From Alphaproteobacteria bacterium (lineage in GTDB: Bacteria; Pseudomonadota; Alphaproteobacteria; UBA2966), in the NCBI GenBank assembly GCA_964291395.2, contig OZ219858.1, forward strand, positions 1,184,001 to 1,248,000: DNA of 64,000 nt. Reading direction: 5' to 3'. A program made the translations under genes and the position numbers. Position 1 is the first letter of the stretch, and every line of letters starts with the position of its first letter. Under the pieces are notes generated by a model, which searched no databases, was not told where the DNA came from, and worked only from the letters and a program-made list of their open reading frames with translations. This document shows, in pieces, positions 1-10,657 of the stretch.

Positions 1-67
1 GTCGCGACGCCGTCGCCGCCGACCTGATAGTCGATCATGGTGTCCTTCCGGGTTCCGGACGACGAGC

Positions 68-1276
68 TCAGACGCGCTCGATCACCGTGGCGACCCCCAT
101 GCCGGCCCCGATGCACAGAGTGCAGAGGCCGGTCTCGAGATCGCGCCGCTCGAGCTCGTCGAGCAGCGTTCCCAGGATCATGGCGCCGGTCGCCCCGAGC
201 GGGTGGCCCATCGCGATCGCGCCGCCGTTGACGTTGATCCTGTCGTGCGGCACCCCGAGGTCCTGCATGTAGCGGAGCACGACCGCCGCGAACGCCTCGT
301 TGAGCTCGTAGAGGTCGATGTCGCCCGTTTCCATCCCACCACGCGTCAGCACCTTCCGCGTCACGGGAGCGGGCCCGGTAAGCATGATGCTCGGTTCGCT
401 TCCGATGGAACCAAAGTTTCGGATGCGCGCCCGCGGTTTCAGTCCAAGCGAATCGCCGATCTCCCTGGAACCGACGAGTACGGCGCCCGCGCCATCGACG
501 ATGCCGCTCGAATTGCCCGCGTGATGCACGTGATCGATGCGTTCGACCTCCGGATAGCGCTGCAGGATCACCGAATCGAATCCCAGGTCGCGGCCCATCT
601 TCTCGAACGCCGGATCCAGCGCAGCCAACGCCTGCATGTCCGTGTCCGGGCGCACGTGCTCGTCACGGTCGAGGATGATCGCGTCGTTCTGATCCTTCAC
701 GGGCACCACGGAATCCTTGAAACGTCCGTCATCCCAGGCTTCCGCCGCGCGCTTCTGCGATTCGACGGCGTAGGCGTCCACATCGTCCCGGGAAAATCCG
801 TATTTGGTGGCGATCAGGTCGGCGGAAATCCCCTGCTGCACGTAGTACGTCTTGAACGCCACTTGAGGATCCGCGAACCAGGCGCCACCACTCGACGCCA
901 TCGCCACGCGCGACATCGACTCCACTCCGCCGCCGATGGCGAGATCGGTTTGTCCCGCCATGACCTGGGCGGCCGCCATGTTCACCGCCTCGAGCCCCGA
1001 AGCACAGAAACGGTTGATCTGCACGCCCGAGACGGATTGATCGTAATCCGCCATCAGCACGGCGGACCGGGCAATGACGGCCCCTTGCTCGCCGGCCGGC
1101 TCCGAGCATCCGAGCACCACGTCGTCGACGCATGACGTGTCGAGATCATTGCGGTCGCGCAGAGCGGCGAGCGCCGCCGCCGCCAACCTGACGGGCGACA
1201 CTTCGTTCAGGGCGCCCTTCGGCTTGCCTTCCCCGCGCGGCGTGCGAACGGCGTCATAGATATAGGCGTCGGTCAT
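68..1276 (-). CDS. acetyl-CoA C-acyltransferase (thiolase)
   Basis: Motifs [21 protein letters not shown] and CIGAGMG; last gene of the beta-oxidation operon. Confidence 0.95.
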   Translation of the reverse strand: MTDAYIYDAVRTPRGEGKPKGALNEVSPVRLAAAALAALRDRNDLDTSCVDDVVLGCSEPAGEQGAVIARSAVLMADYDQSVSGVQINRFCASGLEAVNMAAAQVMAGQTDLAIGGGVESMSRVAMASSGGAWFADPQVAFKTYYVQQGISADLIATKYGFSRDDVDAYAVESQKRAAEAWDDGRFKDSVVPVKDQNDAIILDRDEHVRPDTDMQALAALDPAFEKMGRDLGFDSVILQRYPEVERIDHVHHAGNSSGIVDGAGAVLVGSREIGDSLGLKPRARIRNFGSIGSEPSIMLTGPAPVTRKVLTRGGMETGDIDLYELNEAFAAVVLRYMQDLGVPHDRINVNGGAIAMGHPLGATGAMILGTLLDELERRDLETGLCTLCIGAGMGVATVIERV

Positions 1277-1448
1277 GGCTCACTCTCCGTCCCGGTCATG
1301 GGCTGACCGATGTGGCGCGATCCGGGGCGCCGGCGCTCATCCTAACGCCGCCGCCGCCCCGCGCAAGCGAGGGGCTGGCCTACAGCGTACGGCGGATCGG
1401 CTCCTTCATGACCTCACGCGTGTTCCGCGCCGAACGGTTTGCGCACGA

Positions 1449-2090
1449 TCACCGCGAGACTTTCTGGAGGTCGCGCCCGTCGGCGATGCGTGTTTTGCCG
1501 GTGAGTGCATTGGACGCGAACTGGGGCCAGAATGTCCGGCCGTGCGGACCCTCGAACCCGATGGAGCCCGAAAGGTACTCGACGCAGAGGTCGACGATCC
1601 CGCCGTCCTCCTGATGCCAGACGACCCGCTCAACCATGCGCTTACGGTAGGCACGCGTGTCCCGTTCCTGGACGTACCGCCCCCAGAAAAAGGCACCGGC
1701 GCCGATGGCGAGACAGATCAGGGAGCCCTGCCAGAGAACCGGACCGAACATGGACGCAAGCGCCGCGCCGATGACGGCCGTCACCGCGCCGGTACCGAGC
1801 AGGATGATGCCGAAGCCCCGGTACATGTGGAAATTCGACAGGCTCGGATATTTGATTGAATGAAAGAACGGGTCGGGGACCAGCAGAACATCCCCTTCCG
1901 TCACCGCGTCGCGTATGTCTTCCCAATTCTTCCAGATGTCCTCGGCCGCCTTCCGGGCGGGACCCGAAAGCTCTTTGTTGAACGTTTCGTCTATGCGAAC
2001 ACGTATGTATTCGAATGCCGGCTTGACGAACGGCTCGACGTCCTCTTCACCCTCGTCGTCCGCATCGTCGATGGACGAAGGTTCGCTCAT
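1449..2090 (-). CDS. hypothetical membrane protein (acidic N-terminus, two TM helices)
   Basis: Co-oriented ORF inside the operon; hydrophobic segments GFGIILLGTGAVTAVIGAALASM and GSLICLAIGAGAFFWG; start ATG 2090 or GTG 2117. Confidence 0.7.
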   Translation of the reverse strand: MSEPSSIDDADDEGEEDVEPFVKPAFEYIRVRIDETFNKELSGPARKAAEDIWKNWEDIRDAVTEGDVLLVPDPFFHSIKYPSLSNFHMYRGFGIILLGTGAVTAVIGAALASMFGPVLWQGSLICLAIGAGAFFWGRYVQERDTRAYRKRMVERVVWHQEDGGIVDLCVEYLSGSIGFEGPHGRTFWPQFASNALTGKTRIADGRDLQKVSR

Positions 2091-2106
2091 TCCGTTGCCG
2101 GCACGC

Positions 2107-3288
2107 TCAGACGACACCTTCGGCCTTCAGTCGCACCACGTCCGTGGACGTGTAGCCGAGTTCAGACAGAACTTCCTCCGTGTGGTCGCCGTGGCCCGGC
2201 GCATGCCGTTCAACGGTGAACGTATCGTCGCTGAACTTGATGGGGAAGGCGATCTGTTTGACGGGACCGTCGGTGGGGTGCTCGGTGTCGACGAACATTT
2301 TCCGGTGCTGAAGCTGGGGGTTCTCCATTGATTCGGCGATGGTCAGAACCGGCGCGAGACAGCAGTCGTGCTCTTCGCCGACGGCAATCCAATGTGACTG
2401 GGGCTTGGACCGGAACAGTTCCGCGACCTCTTCCCTCGCCGCCCGCGCCGAATCGCCGGAGAGGACGTGCTTTTCCTTCAGGTCCGGACGTTCAACGGCA
2501 TCACAGAAGACATGCCAGAACTTCTCCTCCAGCGCTCCCAGCGACATGTGGCGACCGTCGGAGGTCTCGTAGATATTGTAGCACGGGAGCTCTCCCGAGA
2601 TGAATCCTTCTCCACGCTCCAACGGACGCTGGTAGGCCAGCATGTTGCTGAACGCGATCACCGCGTGGGCCAGGGTGCAGTCGGTCATGGATACGTCGAC
2701 GTACCGCCCCTCGCCGCTGGAACGGGCGTCAACGAGCGCGCCGAGAATGCCGATGACGGCGGATGCACCCCCACCCAGAACATCCGCGATCTGAAAATTC
2801 GGTACGACGGGCGGGCCGCCGGCAACGCCGATCTGATCCGTCACGCCCGCATAAGAGCAGTAATTGACGTCGTGGCCGGCCCGCAGGCGGTAAGGTCCGT
2901 CCTGCCCATAACCCGATATGGCGCAGTAAACGATCCGCCGGTTGGCCTCGCGGACGGCCTCATACCCTATGCCCAACCGGTCGACGACGCCCGGCCGAAA
3001 TCCTTCGACGACGACGTCGGCGTCCTTGGCCAACGACATGAAGATGTCGTGACCAGTCTCCGATCGCAGGTTGAGCGTGATCGACCGCTTGTTGCGGTTG
3101 AGGCAAAGGAAATACGGGGAGTGAACCACTTGGAGCGGCTCCAGCCATCGGACGTAGTCGCCCGCGCCCGTGTCTTCGATCTTGATCACGTCGGCGCCCA
3201 TGTCTCCGAGGTGCAGGGTGCAGATCGGACCGGGAAGCAGGCGGGTCAGATCCAGGACCCGCACGCCGTGAAGCGGCTTTTCGCGCAT
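2107..3288 (-). CDS. CaiB/BaiF family III CoA-transferase
   Basis: Motifs LHGVRVLDLTRLLPGP, NRNKRS, EGFRPGV, GHDVNY. Confidence 0.93.
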   Translation of the reverse strand: MREKPLHGVRVLDLTRLLPGPICTLHLGDMGADVIKIEDTGAGDYVRWLEPLQVVHSPYFLCLNRNKRSITLNLRSETGHDIFMSLAKDADVVVEGFRPGVVDRLGIGYEAVREANRRIVYCAISGYGQDGPYRLRAGHDVNYCSYAGVTDQIGVAGGPPVVPNFQIADVLGGGASAVIGILGALVDARSSGEGRYVDVSMTDCTLAHAVIAFSNMLAYQRPLERGEGFISGELPCYNIYETSDGRHMSLGALEEKFWHVFCDAVERPDLKEKHVLSGDSARAAREEVAELFRSKPQSHWIAVGEEHDCCLAPVLTIAESMENPQLQHRKMFVDTEHPTDGPVKQIAFPIKFSDDTFTVERHAPGHGDHTEEVLSELGYTSTDVVRLKAEGVV

Positions 3289-3300
3289 CGACGTCCGGCC

Positions 3301-5091
3301 TCAGAACTGCTCCGCCTCAAGCGCCATCATGGCATCCTTGCCCGACATGATCTTGGACAACAGTGACGACGTGTCGGGAAGCATTCGCGTGAGGAAGAAA
3401 TTGGCGGTCACAAGCTTCGCCTCGTAGAACGCGCGCTCGTCCGTCCCCCGGCCGAGCGCGTCTCGTGCCGTCTGCGCCATCCGCGCCCACAGATACCCCA
3501 CCACCACCAAGGCAAACAGGCGAAGGTAGTCACGGGACCCGCCGCCCGCCTGTTCGGGATCCTTCAGACCCTGCTCCCCGATCCACGCGGTGGCCAGTTG
3601 CAGTCGTCCGAAGGACTTGCCCAGAAGACCCGCCATATCCTTGAGGTCGTCATCCTCGGCGGCATCGGCGATGAACCGGTCGATCGGGTGGAACACCTGC
3701 CGCAGCGCGCGACCGTAGTGAGCCGGGATCTTGCGGCCCACGAGGTCGAGGGCCTGAACGCCGTTCGTACCCTCGTAGATCTGCGTGATCCTGGCGTCCC
3801 GCACGAACTGTTCCACTCCCGTTTCGCGGATGTAGCCCGCACCGCCGTGAACCTGGAGGCCGAGATTGGCCGTCTCGAAGCCCATATCCGTCAAATAGGC
3901 CTTCACGACGGGGGTGATGAGCGAGACCAGATCTTCGGCGTCACGGCGTGCCCGTTCATCGGGGTCGTGGCGTGACATGTCCAACGCAAAGGCGGTCCAC
4001 AACGCCAGGGCGCGACCACCCTCGGTGAACGCCCGCATGGTCATGAGCATGCGTCGCACGTCGGGATGAACGATGATCGGGTCGGCCGCCGCGCCCGGTG
4101 ACGTGCTGCCCGACAGCGCGCGGCCCTGAAGCCGTTCTTTCGCATATGCGGCCGCGTTCTGATAGGCGATTTCTCCCAGTGCCAGACCTTGGACGCCGAC
4201 GCCCAGGCGGGCCCGGTTCATCATCGTGAACATGGCGCGAAGGCCTCTGTTCTCTTCGCCCAGCAGATAGGCCGTGGCGCCGTCATAGTTCATGACGCAC
4301 GTCGCCGACGCCTTGATGCCCATCTTCTGTTCGATCGACCCGCAGGTGACGGCGTTGCGTTCTCCAGGCCCGTCGTCGGGCCCGGTCAGGAACTTGGGAA
4401 CGATGAACAGACTGATGCCACGGGTCCCCGTCGGCGCGCCGCTGATGCGCGCGAGAACCAGATGGATGATGTTTTCCGTCAGATCGTGTTCACCCGCGGA
4501 GATGAATATCTTCGTGCCGGTGATGCGGTACGTCCCGTCTTCTCGTGGTTCGGCTCGCGTCCGCAGGAGCCCCAGGTCGGTGCCGCAATGAGGCTCGGTC
4601 AAATTCATGGTGCCGCCCCATTCGCCGGTGAACATCTTGGGCAGGTAGGTCTCCCGTTGCGCGTCGTTGCCATGGGTGTCGATGGTGTGTGCCGCCCCCA
4701 CGGTCAATCCCGCGTAGGTCTCGAAGGAGAGATTGGCCGAACCTGCCATTTCGCCCACGCTCGTTGCGACGACCTGGGGCAGCCCGGCGCCGCCATGTTC
4801 CGGATTGCCCTCGAGACCGATCCAGCCCGCCTCGCGATAGGTTCGGTAGGCGTCCTTGAACCCGTGAGGCGTGGTGACGACACCGTCCTCGAAATGGCAT
4901 CCCTCTTCGTCGCCGCTGCGGTTCAGCGGAAAGAGAACTTCCTCCGCCATACGGCCGCCTTCTTCCAGCACGGAATCGACCGTTTCCCGCGCCGCGTCGG
5001 CGAAAGCCGGGATGTTCCGGTATCGCTCGACCCGCAACAGCTCGTGCAACACGAACCGATGGTCGCGCAAGGGAGCGTGATATGCAGTCAC
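3301..5091 (-). CDS. acyl-CoA dehydrogenase (long ~590-aa FadE/DmdC-like subfamily)
   Basis: Motifs TMNLTEPHCGTDLG, GTKIFISAGEHD, QIYEGTNGVQALDL. Confidence 0.95.
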   Translation of the reverse strand: MTAYHAPLRDHRFVLHELLRVERYRNIPAFADAARETVDSVLEEGGRMAEEVLFPLNRSGDEEGCHFEDGVVTTPHGFKDAYRTYREAGWIGLEGNPEHGGAGLPQVVATSVGEMAGSANLSFETYAGLTVGAAHTIDTHGNDAQRETYLPKMFTGEWGGTMNLTEPHCGTDLGLLRTRAEPREDGTYRITGTKIFISAGEHDLTENIIHLVLARISGAPTGTRGISLFIVPKFLTGPDDGPGERNAVTCGSIEQKMGIKASATCVMNYDGATAYLLGEENRGLRAMFTMMNRARLGVGVQGLALGEIAYQNAAAYAKERLQGRALSGSTSPGAAADPIIVHPDVRRMLMTMRAFTEGGRALALWTAFALDMSRHDPDERARRDAEDLVSLITPVVKAYLTDMGFETANLGLQVHGGAGYIRETGVEQFVRDARITQIYEGTNGVQALDLVGRKIPAHYGRALRQVFHPIDRFIADAAEDDDLKDMAGLLGKSFGRLQLATAWIGEQGLKDPEQAGGGSRDYLRLFALVVVGYLWARMAQTARDALGRGTDERAFYEAKLVTANFFLTRMLPDTSSLLSKIMSGKDAMMALEAEQF

Positions 5092-5101
5092 GACCGGTCT
5101 C

Positions 5102-7441
5102 CTAGTTCCGCAGGGGCCTGCCCGTGTCCAGCATATGCTCGATCCGATCCAGCGTCTTCGTCCGGCGAATCAGCGCCATGAACGCCGTGCGTTCCAGGGC
5201 GAGCAACCGATGCTCGTCGAGACTTCGCGTAACGTCGGTCTCGCCGCCCGTGACCACGTCCGCCAAGGTCCCTGCGACCACGCGATCGTACGCCGTCGCC
5301 TTTCCCCGCCGCACCACATCGTCCACGACGAGCGTCAAGGTCGCCCGTCCGCTCGGACCGGGAAGACTGATCTCGGGAGACGGAGGCGGTTCGTAGCCTT
5401 CGACCAGAGACAAGGCCCTGGCCTTGGCGTCCGCCAGCACCCGGCGCCGGTTCATGGTGATGCCGTCCTGCGGTCCCAGGTAATGAAGATCGAGGGCTTC
5501 CCGGGCCGACCCCGACACTTTGGCCAGGCTGATGGTCTCGAAGGTGTCGAGAACCGGCGGCATGGGCCCGCCGGGGCGGTCCTTCCGCGCGAATGCGCGG
5601 GTGATCAGTTCCTTGGTGCCGCCCCAGCCGGGGACCAGTCCCACGCCGGTCTCGACCAGGCCGATGTAGGTCTCGGCATGCGCCTGCACGGCATCGCAAT
5701 GCATCATGATCTCGCACCCGCCGCCGAGCGCCATGCCTGCCGGCGCCCCGACGACGGGGAAAGGCGCATACTTGAGCGCCAGGAACGCCTGTTGCCCCTC
5801 CGACAGCTTCCGTTCGATCAGCGCCCACATCGCGGCGTTGGCGGCGAACAGGGCGATACCGACGTTGGCGCCCACCGAGAAATCGTCGCCGTCGTGACCG
5901 ATGATCAGCGCCTTGTATCCGCGTTCGTGTATGGTGGCGGCCTCACGCACCATGTCGATCGTGCCGTCGTCGATGGCGTTCATCTTGGTGTGAAACTCGA
6001 GGCAGGCGACCCCGTCGCCCACATCCCAAAGGCTCGCGGATCCGTTCCTCGTGATCGGCTCGCGGTTGCGCTTCATGTCCGCGAGGCGCCACGCATCGGG
6101 CGACGCCTCGAGCGTGCCGTACTCGCCCGTCGGCGAAAGCTGCTGAACGTCGCGCTTCACCTGACGGTAGAGCGGGCGCCCCGCCGCGGCGTCCAGCAGC
6201 GGGGGGATCTCCCGCCCTTCCGCCTTCAGTTGATCGGCGAACCAGTCGCAGCCGAGTTGATCGATCATCTCCAAGGGACCGAATTTCCATCCGTACCCGG
6301 AGGTCATCGCCCGATCGATGTCGGAAATCGCCTCGGCCACGTCGGGCACCAGCGACGCGGCATAGGCGAGCACTCTGGACAGCACGTGCCAGGCGTACCG
6401 GCCACCCTTGTCGGGATGTTCCACAAGCGCCCGCAATCCGCCATCCTTGGCGGCCTCGACACTGTCCAGGCGGGGTTTCGACACGGCGCGATACTCGCCC
6501 GTCTCGATGTCCCGAGCCTGAAGTTCACGCGCCGTGCCGTCACGCAGCATGCGATAGAAACCACCCTTTCCCTTGCGGCCGATGTAGCCGTCCGCAATCA
6601 TGTCGGCGAGCAGGGAGACCAGCGGCCCCTCCGCGTCGAATTCACGACAAAAGGCGTCTTCCGGGGGAAGCATCGCGAGCATGGTGGCGTTGACCTTGGG
6701 TGCAAGGTCGATACCCGTCAGATCGACAAGCCCGAAGATCCCCGTCTTCGGGATGCCCATTGGCGGACCGACGACGGCATCCGCTTCCCCGACGGTCAGC
6801 CCCAAGGCAATCGCCTCGCTCATCGCGACGTAGGACCAGTAGATGCCGATTCGGTTGCCGATGAATCCCGGGGTGTCTTTGGCGCGCACGACCTCCTTGC
6901 CGAGGCGCACGTCGCAGAATTCACGGATCGAGTCACTCACCTCGGAACGCGTGTTCGGACCCGGCACGAATTCCAGCAGACGCATGTACCGGGGCGGGTT
7001 GAAGAAGTGCGTGATCGCGAAGTCGGAGGCAAAGGGCTCGGGCATCCCCCCGACCAGGCGGGAAAGCGGGATGGTCGACGTGTTCGACGTCACGATCGAT
7101 CCCGCTTTGCGGGCGGAGTCGGCAGCCCGATAGACTTTCTGCTTGACGTCGAGGTCCTCGACCACGGCCTCGCAGATCCAGTCCGCGTCGCTCAGAAGCC
7201 CGGTGTCGTCCTCGAGATTTCCCGGTGTGATCAGCCGTGCCGAACTTCGGTGCATGAACGGCGCCGGCGTTGCCTTAAGCATCGCCGCGATGGCGCCTTC
7301 CGCCAGTTCGTTCCGGTTGTCCGCTCCTTCGGGGACGATATCCAGCAGGACCACCGGTACGCCGGCGCTGGCGACATGCGCGGCGATGGCGCTTCCCATC
7401 TGCCCGGCACCGATCACGGCCACCTTGCCGATATCGGGCAT
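5102..7441 (-). CDS. 3-hydroxyacyl-CoA dehydrogenase/enoyl-CoA hydratase (FadN-like)
   Basis: Motifs GAGQMG (Rossmann), SNTSTIP, HFFNPPRY; C-terminal crotonase motif ALGGGCE. Confidence 0.93.
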   Translation of the reverse strand: MPDIGKVAVIGAGQMGSAIAAHVASAGVPVVLLDIVPEGADNRNELAEGAIAAMLKATPAPFMHRSSARLITPGNLEDDTGLLSDADWICEAVVEDLDVKQKVYRAADSARKAGSIVTSNTSTIPLSRLVGGMPEPFASDFAITHFFNPPRYMRLLEFVPGPNTRSEVSDSIREFCDVRLGKEVVRAKDTPGFIGNRIGIYWSYVAMSEAIALGLTVGEADAVVGPPMGIPKTGIFGLVDLTGIDLAPKVNATMLAMLPPEDAFCREFDAEGPLVSLLADMIADGYIGRKGKGGFYRMLRDGTARELQARDIETGEYRAVSKPRLDSVEAAKDGGLRALVEHPDKGGRYAWHVLSRVLAYAASLVPDVAEAISDIDRAMTSGYGWKFGPLEMIDQLGCDWFADQLKAEGREIPPLLDAAAGRPLYRQVKRDVQQLSPTGEYGTLEASPDAWRLADMKRNREPITRNGSASLWDVGDGVACLEFHTKMNAIDDGTIDMVREAATIHERGYKALIIGHDGDDFSVGANVGIALFAANAAMWALIERKLSEGQQAFLALKYAPFPVVGAPAGMALGGGCEIMMHCDAVQAHAETYIGLVETGVGLVPGWGGTKELITRAFARKDRPGGPMPPVLDTFETISLAKVSGSAREALDLHYLGPQDGITMNRRRVLADAKARALSLVEGYEPPPSPEISLPGPSGRATLTLVVDDVVRRGKATAYDRVVAGTLADVVTGGETDVTRSLDEHRLLALERTAFMALIRRTKTLDRIEHMLDTGRPLRN

Positions 7442-8578
7442 TCAGCAGGCCTCAAGGACCGTCGCGATGCCCTGTCCGCCGCCGATGCACATGGTCGCCA
7501 GCGCGAGTTCCTTGCCTTCGCGGTTCATGATCGACGCCGCTTTGCCGGTGATTCGCGCGCCGCTCGCCCCGAGGGGGTGGCCGATCGCGATGGCGCCACC
7601 GTCGAGGTTGAGCTTGTCCTGGTCGAACCCTGCTTCCTTGATGACGGCCAGCGATTGGGCGGCAAACGCCTCGTTGAGCTCGATAACGTCGATGTCGTCG
7701 ATCGTCAGTCCCGCGCGTTCGAGTGCCTTCCGGCTCGCTTCGACGGGTCCGATGCCCATGATCTCCGGTGCGCATCCGGAGACCCCGATACTCCGAATCC
7801 GTGCCAACTTCTCGAGGCCGTGACGGTCGGCGTAACCCTCGCTGCACACCAGCACCGAGGACGCGCCGTCGGTTAGCGGCGAGGACGTACCGGCCGTTAC
7901 GGTCCCTTCGGCGTCGAATGCGGGCTCGAGCGCGTCGAGCGCCTCTTGATTCGTACCCGGCCGAATGCAGCCGTCCTCCTCAACCCGAAGGTTTCCGAAG
8001 ACGATGGGGACGATCTCGTCGTTGAGCCGGCCTTCCCGTTGGGCTGCGTGAGCCTTGGCGTGGCTTGCCACCGCGAACTCCTGCTGTTCCTCTCGATCGA
8101 TGTCATATTTCCTGGCGAGGTTCTCGGCGGTGATGCCCATTGCCACGAACGCCTCGGGATATTTCTCCGCGAGACCCGGATGAGGCAGGAAATTGTATCC
8201 CCCCATGGGTACGCGGGTCATCGATTCGAGGCCCGCGCATACGAACGCCTCTCCGGCGTTCATCTTGACCGCGCCCGCGGCCATGTGAATGGACTGCATG
8301 GAGGACCCGCAGAAGCGGTTGACGGTCGTACCGGCCGTCGTTACGGGCAACTCGGACAGAAATCCGACGAGGCGCGCCACGTTGTCGCCTTGCTCCCCTT
8401 CGGGGAACGCGCAGCCAACGATGACGTCTTCCAGGTCCTCCCGGTCAATGCCCGCTTCCTCGATGAGCCCGCGGACGACTTGGCTGGCGATTTCGTCGGG
8501 CCGGACCTCCGCCAGCGCACCCTTGCGCGCGAACGTGAAGGGGGAGCGCGCGTAGCCCGCGATTATGACGTCGGTCAT
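7442..8578 (-). CDS. acetyl-CoA C-acyltransferase (thiolase, FadA-like)
   Basis: Motifs NRFCGSS, NEAFAAQ, GHPLGASG, CIGGGQG. Confidence 0.95.
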   Translation of the reverse strand: MTDVIIAGYARSPFTFARKGALAEVRPDEIASQVVRGLIEEAGIDREDLEDVIVGCAFPEGEQGDNVARLVGFLSELPVTTAGTTVNRFCGSSMQSIHMAAGAVKMNAGEAFVCAGLESMTRVPMGGYNFLPHPGLAEKYPEAFVAMGITAENLARKYDIDREEQQEFAVASHAKAHAAQREGRLNDEIVPIVFGNLRVEEDGCIRPGTNQEALDALEPAFDAEGTVTAGTSSPLTDGASSVLVCSEGYADRHGLEKLARIRSIGVSGCAPEIMGIGPVEASRKALERAGLTIDDIDVIELNEAFAAQSLAVIKEAGFDQDKLNLDGGAIAIGHPLGASGARITGKAASIMNREGKELALATMCIGGGQGIATVLEAC

Positions 8579-8681
8579 TTGTCATCGTCCTCCTGTTGCG
8601 AAAACTCGGCTCACGTGGGGCACCCGGAGTCCCAATCGACAACCTGTATCATGTGCGTTTGCGGCCGGCGACTCCCGGGGA

Positions 8682-10388
8682 TCACATCGCGTCGGCCGCG
8701 GAAACCCGACCGTAGGCCACCAATGGTGCGAACTGCCGCCGGCCGAGATCGTTTCCCGGGCCGATGCCCCGCCGCGGCCGAACGTCGAAGCGCTGCGTGG
8801 CATAAAGCCGGGCGACAACGGCCTTTCGCGCGTCGCCTTCCGCGAGGTCTCGGCTTGCTTCTTCCAGAAGAAGCGCCAGAGACATGGTGTCGGCGAGAAG
8901 CGACATCAAGCGCCGGGCGTGCCTTTCCCCTTCCTTGCCGTCCGTGGAGACGTAGTCGACGGCATCCCGGCAATCGTCGAGAGCTCCGCCCACCGTTCTG
9001 CCGACATCACTCAATTGAGGTGGAGCGGCGTAAGTGATGCCCTCGATCCGAGTCACGAACGCGGCGAATCCGGGGTACCGGTTCCCGAGAAGTCGCAGGA
9101 CCTCGAGCGCCTGGACGTTCGCCGGTCCCTCCCAGACGGTTGTCACCTGCGCGTCCCGCAGCAGGCGGGGTGTGACGAAATCATAGGTATAGCCGTTGCC
9201 GCCGATGATCTCGATGGCGCGCCTGGTGGCGGCAACGGCGTCCTCCGCCGTCTGGAATTTCGCCAACGCCGTGATCAGCCGCATCCAGGGACGGCGCGTG
9301 GCATCGTCGATGGGCAGGGCGTTGGCGTCGTCGAATGCATTCGCCGCTTCCAATGCCAGCGCCAGGCTCGCTTCCAGAGGGATCAGTATTCGCAGGATCT
9401 CGTCCTGGACCATCGCGTATTCGGTGATGACCCGACCGAAGGCTTCGCGGCCGCAGGCAAACGCCATGGCCTCGAGAAACGCGCGCCGCTGCAGGCCGAC
9501 CGACGCCATCGAGTTGTGCAGGCGGCTGAACTCCAGCGCCTCCATCATCAGCTTGAAGCCGTCGGGGGGCGGGGCGACCTCATGGGCCAGCGTGCCCTGC
9601 AGATCGATTTCGCCCGTAGGCACGCCGACGGTGCCGAGTTTCTCCTTGAGGCGGCGTATCCTCATCGGATTGGGGCGGCCGTCCTCCAGGTGCGTGGGCA
9701 CGAGGTAAAGGCCGAGCCCCTTGGTCCCCTCCGGAGCGTCGACCGGGCGGGCCGTGGCCAGCGCCAGCCCACCGTTTGCGTTCGACGTGAACCACTTGAG
9801 GCCGTCGAGACGGAATGCGTCTCCGTCACGGCGCGCCACCGTACGGGTCGCGCCGACGTCACTGCCGCCATGGCGCTCGGTCACCCAGGTGCCGCCGGTC
9901 AGGGCGCCGCCGTCGGTCCGCGTGAGGTCGGGCACCATGCGCGCTCGCAGTTCCTCCGGTCCGAATCGGTCAAGGACGTAGGCGACGGCGCCGGTCATCG
10001 TCACCGGGCAGTGCAGAGACACGTTCGTCTGCGAGAGCAGGTAACCCATGACGAAGGTGATCAGGAACGGCGCCGGGTCGTCGCCGTAGTTCAGCCCGAC
10101 GATGCCGTGTTCATAGACTTCGCGGCTGGTTTTCTCCCAGGCCGGATTGTGAACGATCCGATTCACCAGAGACCCGTTGCCGTCGTACGCCTCCAGACGC
10201 GGCGGCGCGAAACGGTCGGTATGTTCGGCCTCCGCGTCCGCGGGACCGCCGACCCAGGCGCCGAACCCAGTCAGAACCGTTCCGAACCGTTCCTCCAGGC
10301 CACCGGCAAAACGCCCGATCGCTCGCCGAAGATTGACGTCGATCCGGTAGAGGTTTTGACCTCGTATCACCGGTCCGTATCCGATCAT
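8682..10388 (-). CDS. AidB-like acyl-CoA dehydrogenase family protein
   Basis: Motifs CPVTMT, TERHGGSDVG, LKEKLG, VWEGPANVQALE. Confidence 0.85.
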   Translation of the reverse strand: MIGYGPVIRGQNLYRIDVNLRRAIGRFAGGLEERFGTVLTGFGAWVGGPADAEAEHTDRFAPPRLEAYDGNGSLVNRIVHNPAWEKTSREVYEHGIVGLNYGDDPAPFLITFVMGYLLSQTNVSLHCPVTMTGAVAYVLDRFGPEELRARMVPDLTRTDGGALTGGTWVTERHGGSDVGATRTVARRDGDAFRLDGLKWFTSNANGGLALATARPVDAPEGTKGLGLYLVPTHLEDGRPNPMRIRRLKEKLGTVGVPTGEIDLQGTLAHEVAPPPDGFKLMMEALEFSRLHNSMASVGLQRRAFLEAMAFACGREAFGRVITEYAMVQDEILRILIPLEASLALALEAANAFDDANALPIDDATRRPWMRLITALAKFQTAEDAVAATRRAIEIIGGNGYTYDFVTPRLLRDAQVTTVWEGPANVQALEVLRLLGNRYPGFAAFVTRIEGITYAAPPQLSDVGRTVGGALDDCRDAVDYVSTDGKEGERHARRLMSLLADTMSLALLLEEASRDLAEGDARKAVVARLYATQRFDVRPRRGIGPGNDLGRRQFAPLVAYGRVSAADAM

Positions 10389-10433
10389 GCCGACCTCCAG
10401 ATCCCGGAACTGGTCAACGCCGAAGCGGTCCTT

Positions 10434-10475
10434 CCGCGTTAAAACAGGCGACGGGCCGAGCCTATTTTAACGCGG
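10434..10475. repeat. 16-bp inverted repeat (1 mismatch) with 10-bp spacer in a divergent intergenic region
   Basis: CCGCGTTAAAACAGGC-N10-GCCTATTTTAACGCGG. Confidence 0.75.
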
Positions 10476-10657
10476 CAATACTGGATAGAATGCTCGTCGA
10501 CTCCGTTCGGGAAAGCGTGGTGGAGGGAGGTTCCAGTGTTGAAGATCGCAAAGCATGTCAGGTCGTCGCCGCTGCCGGCGCGACTTCGTCCGGCTGCGAC
10601 GTCGGCGGGGCGGGCACAGAAAGTGCAAGACCGACCGCCGCGCTTGCGATACGACCG

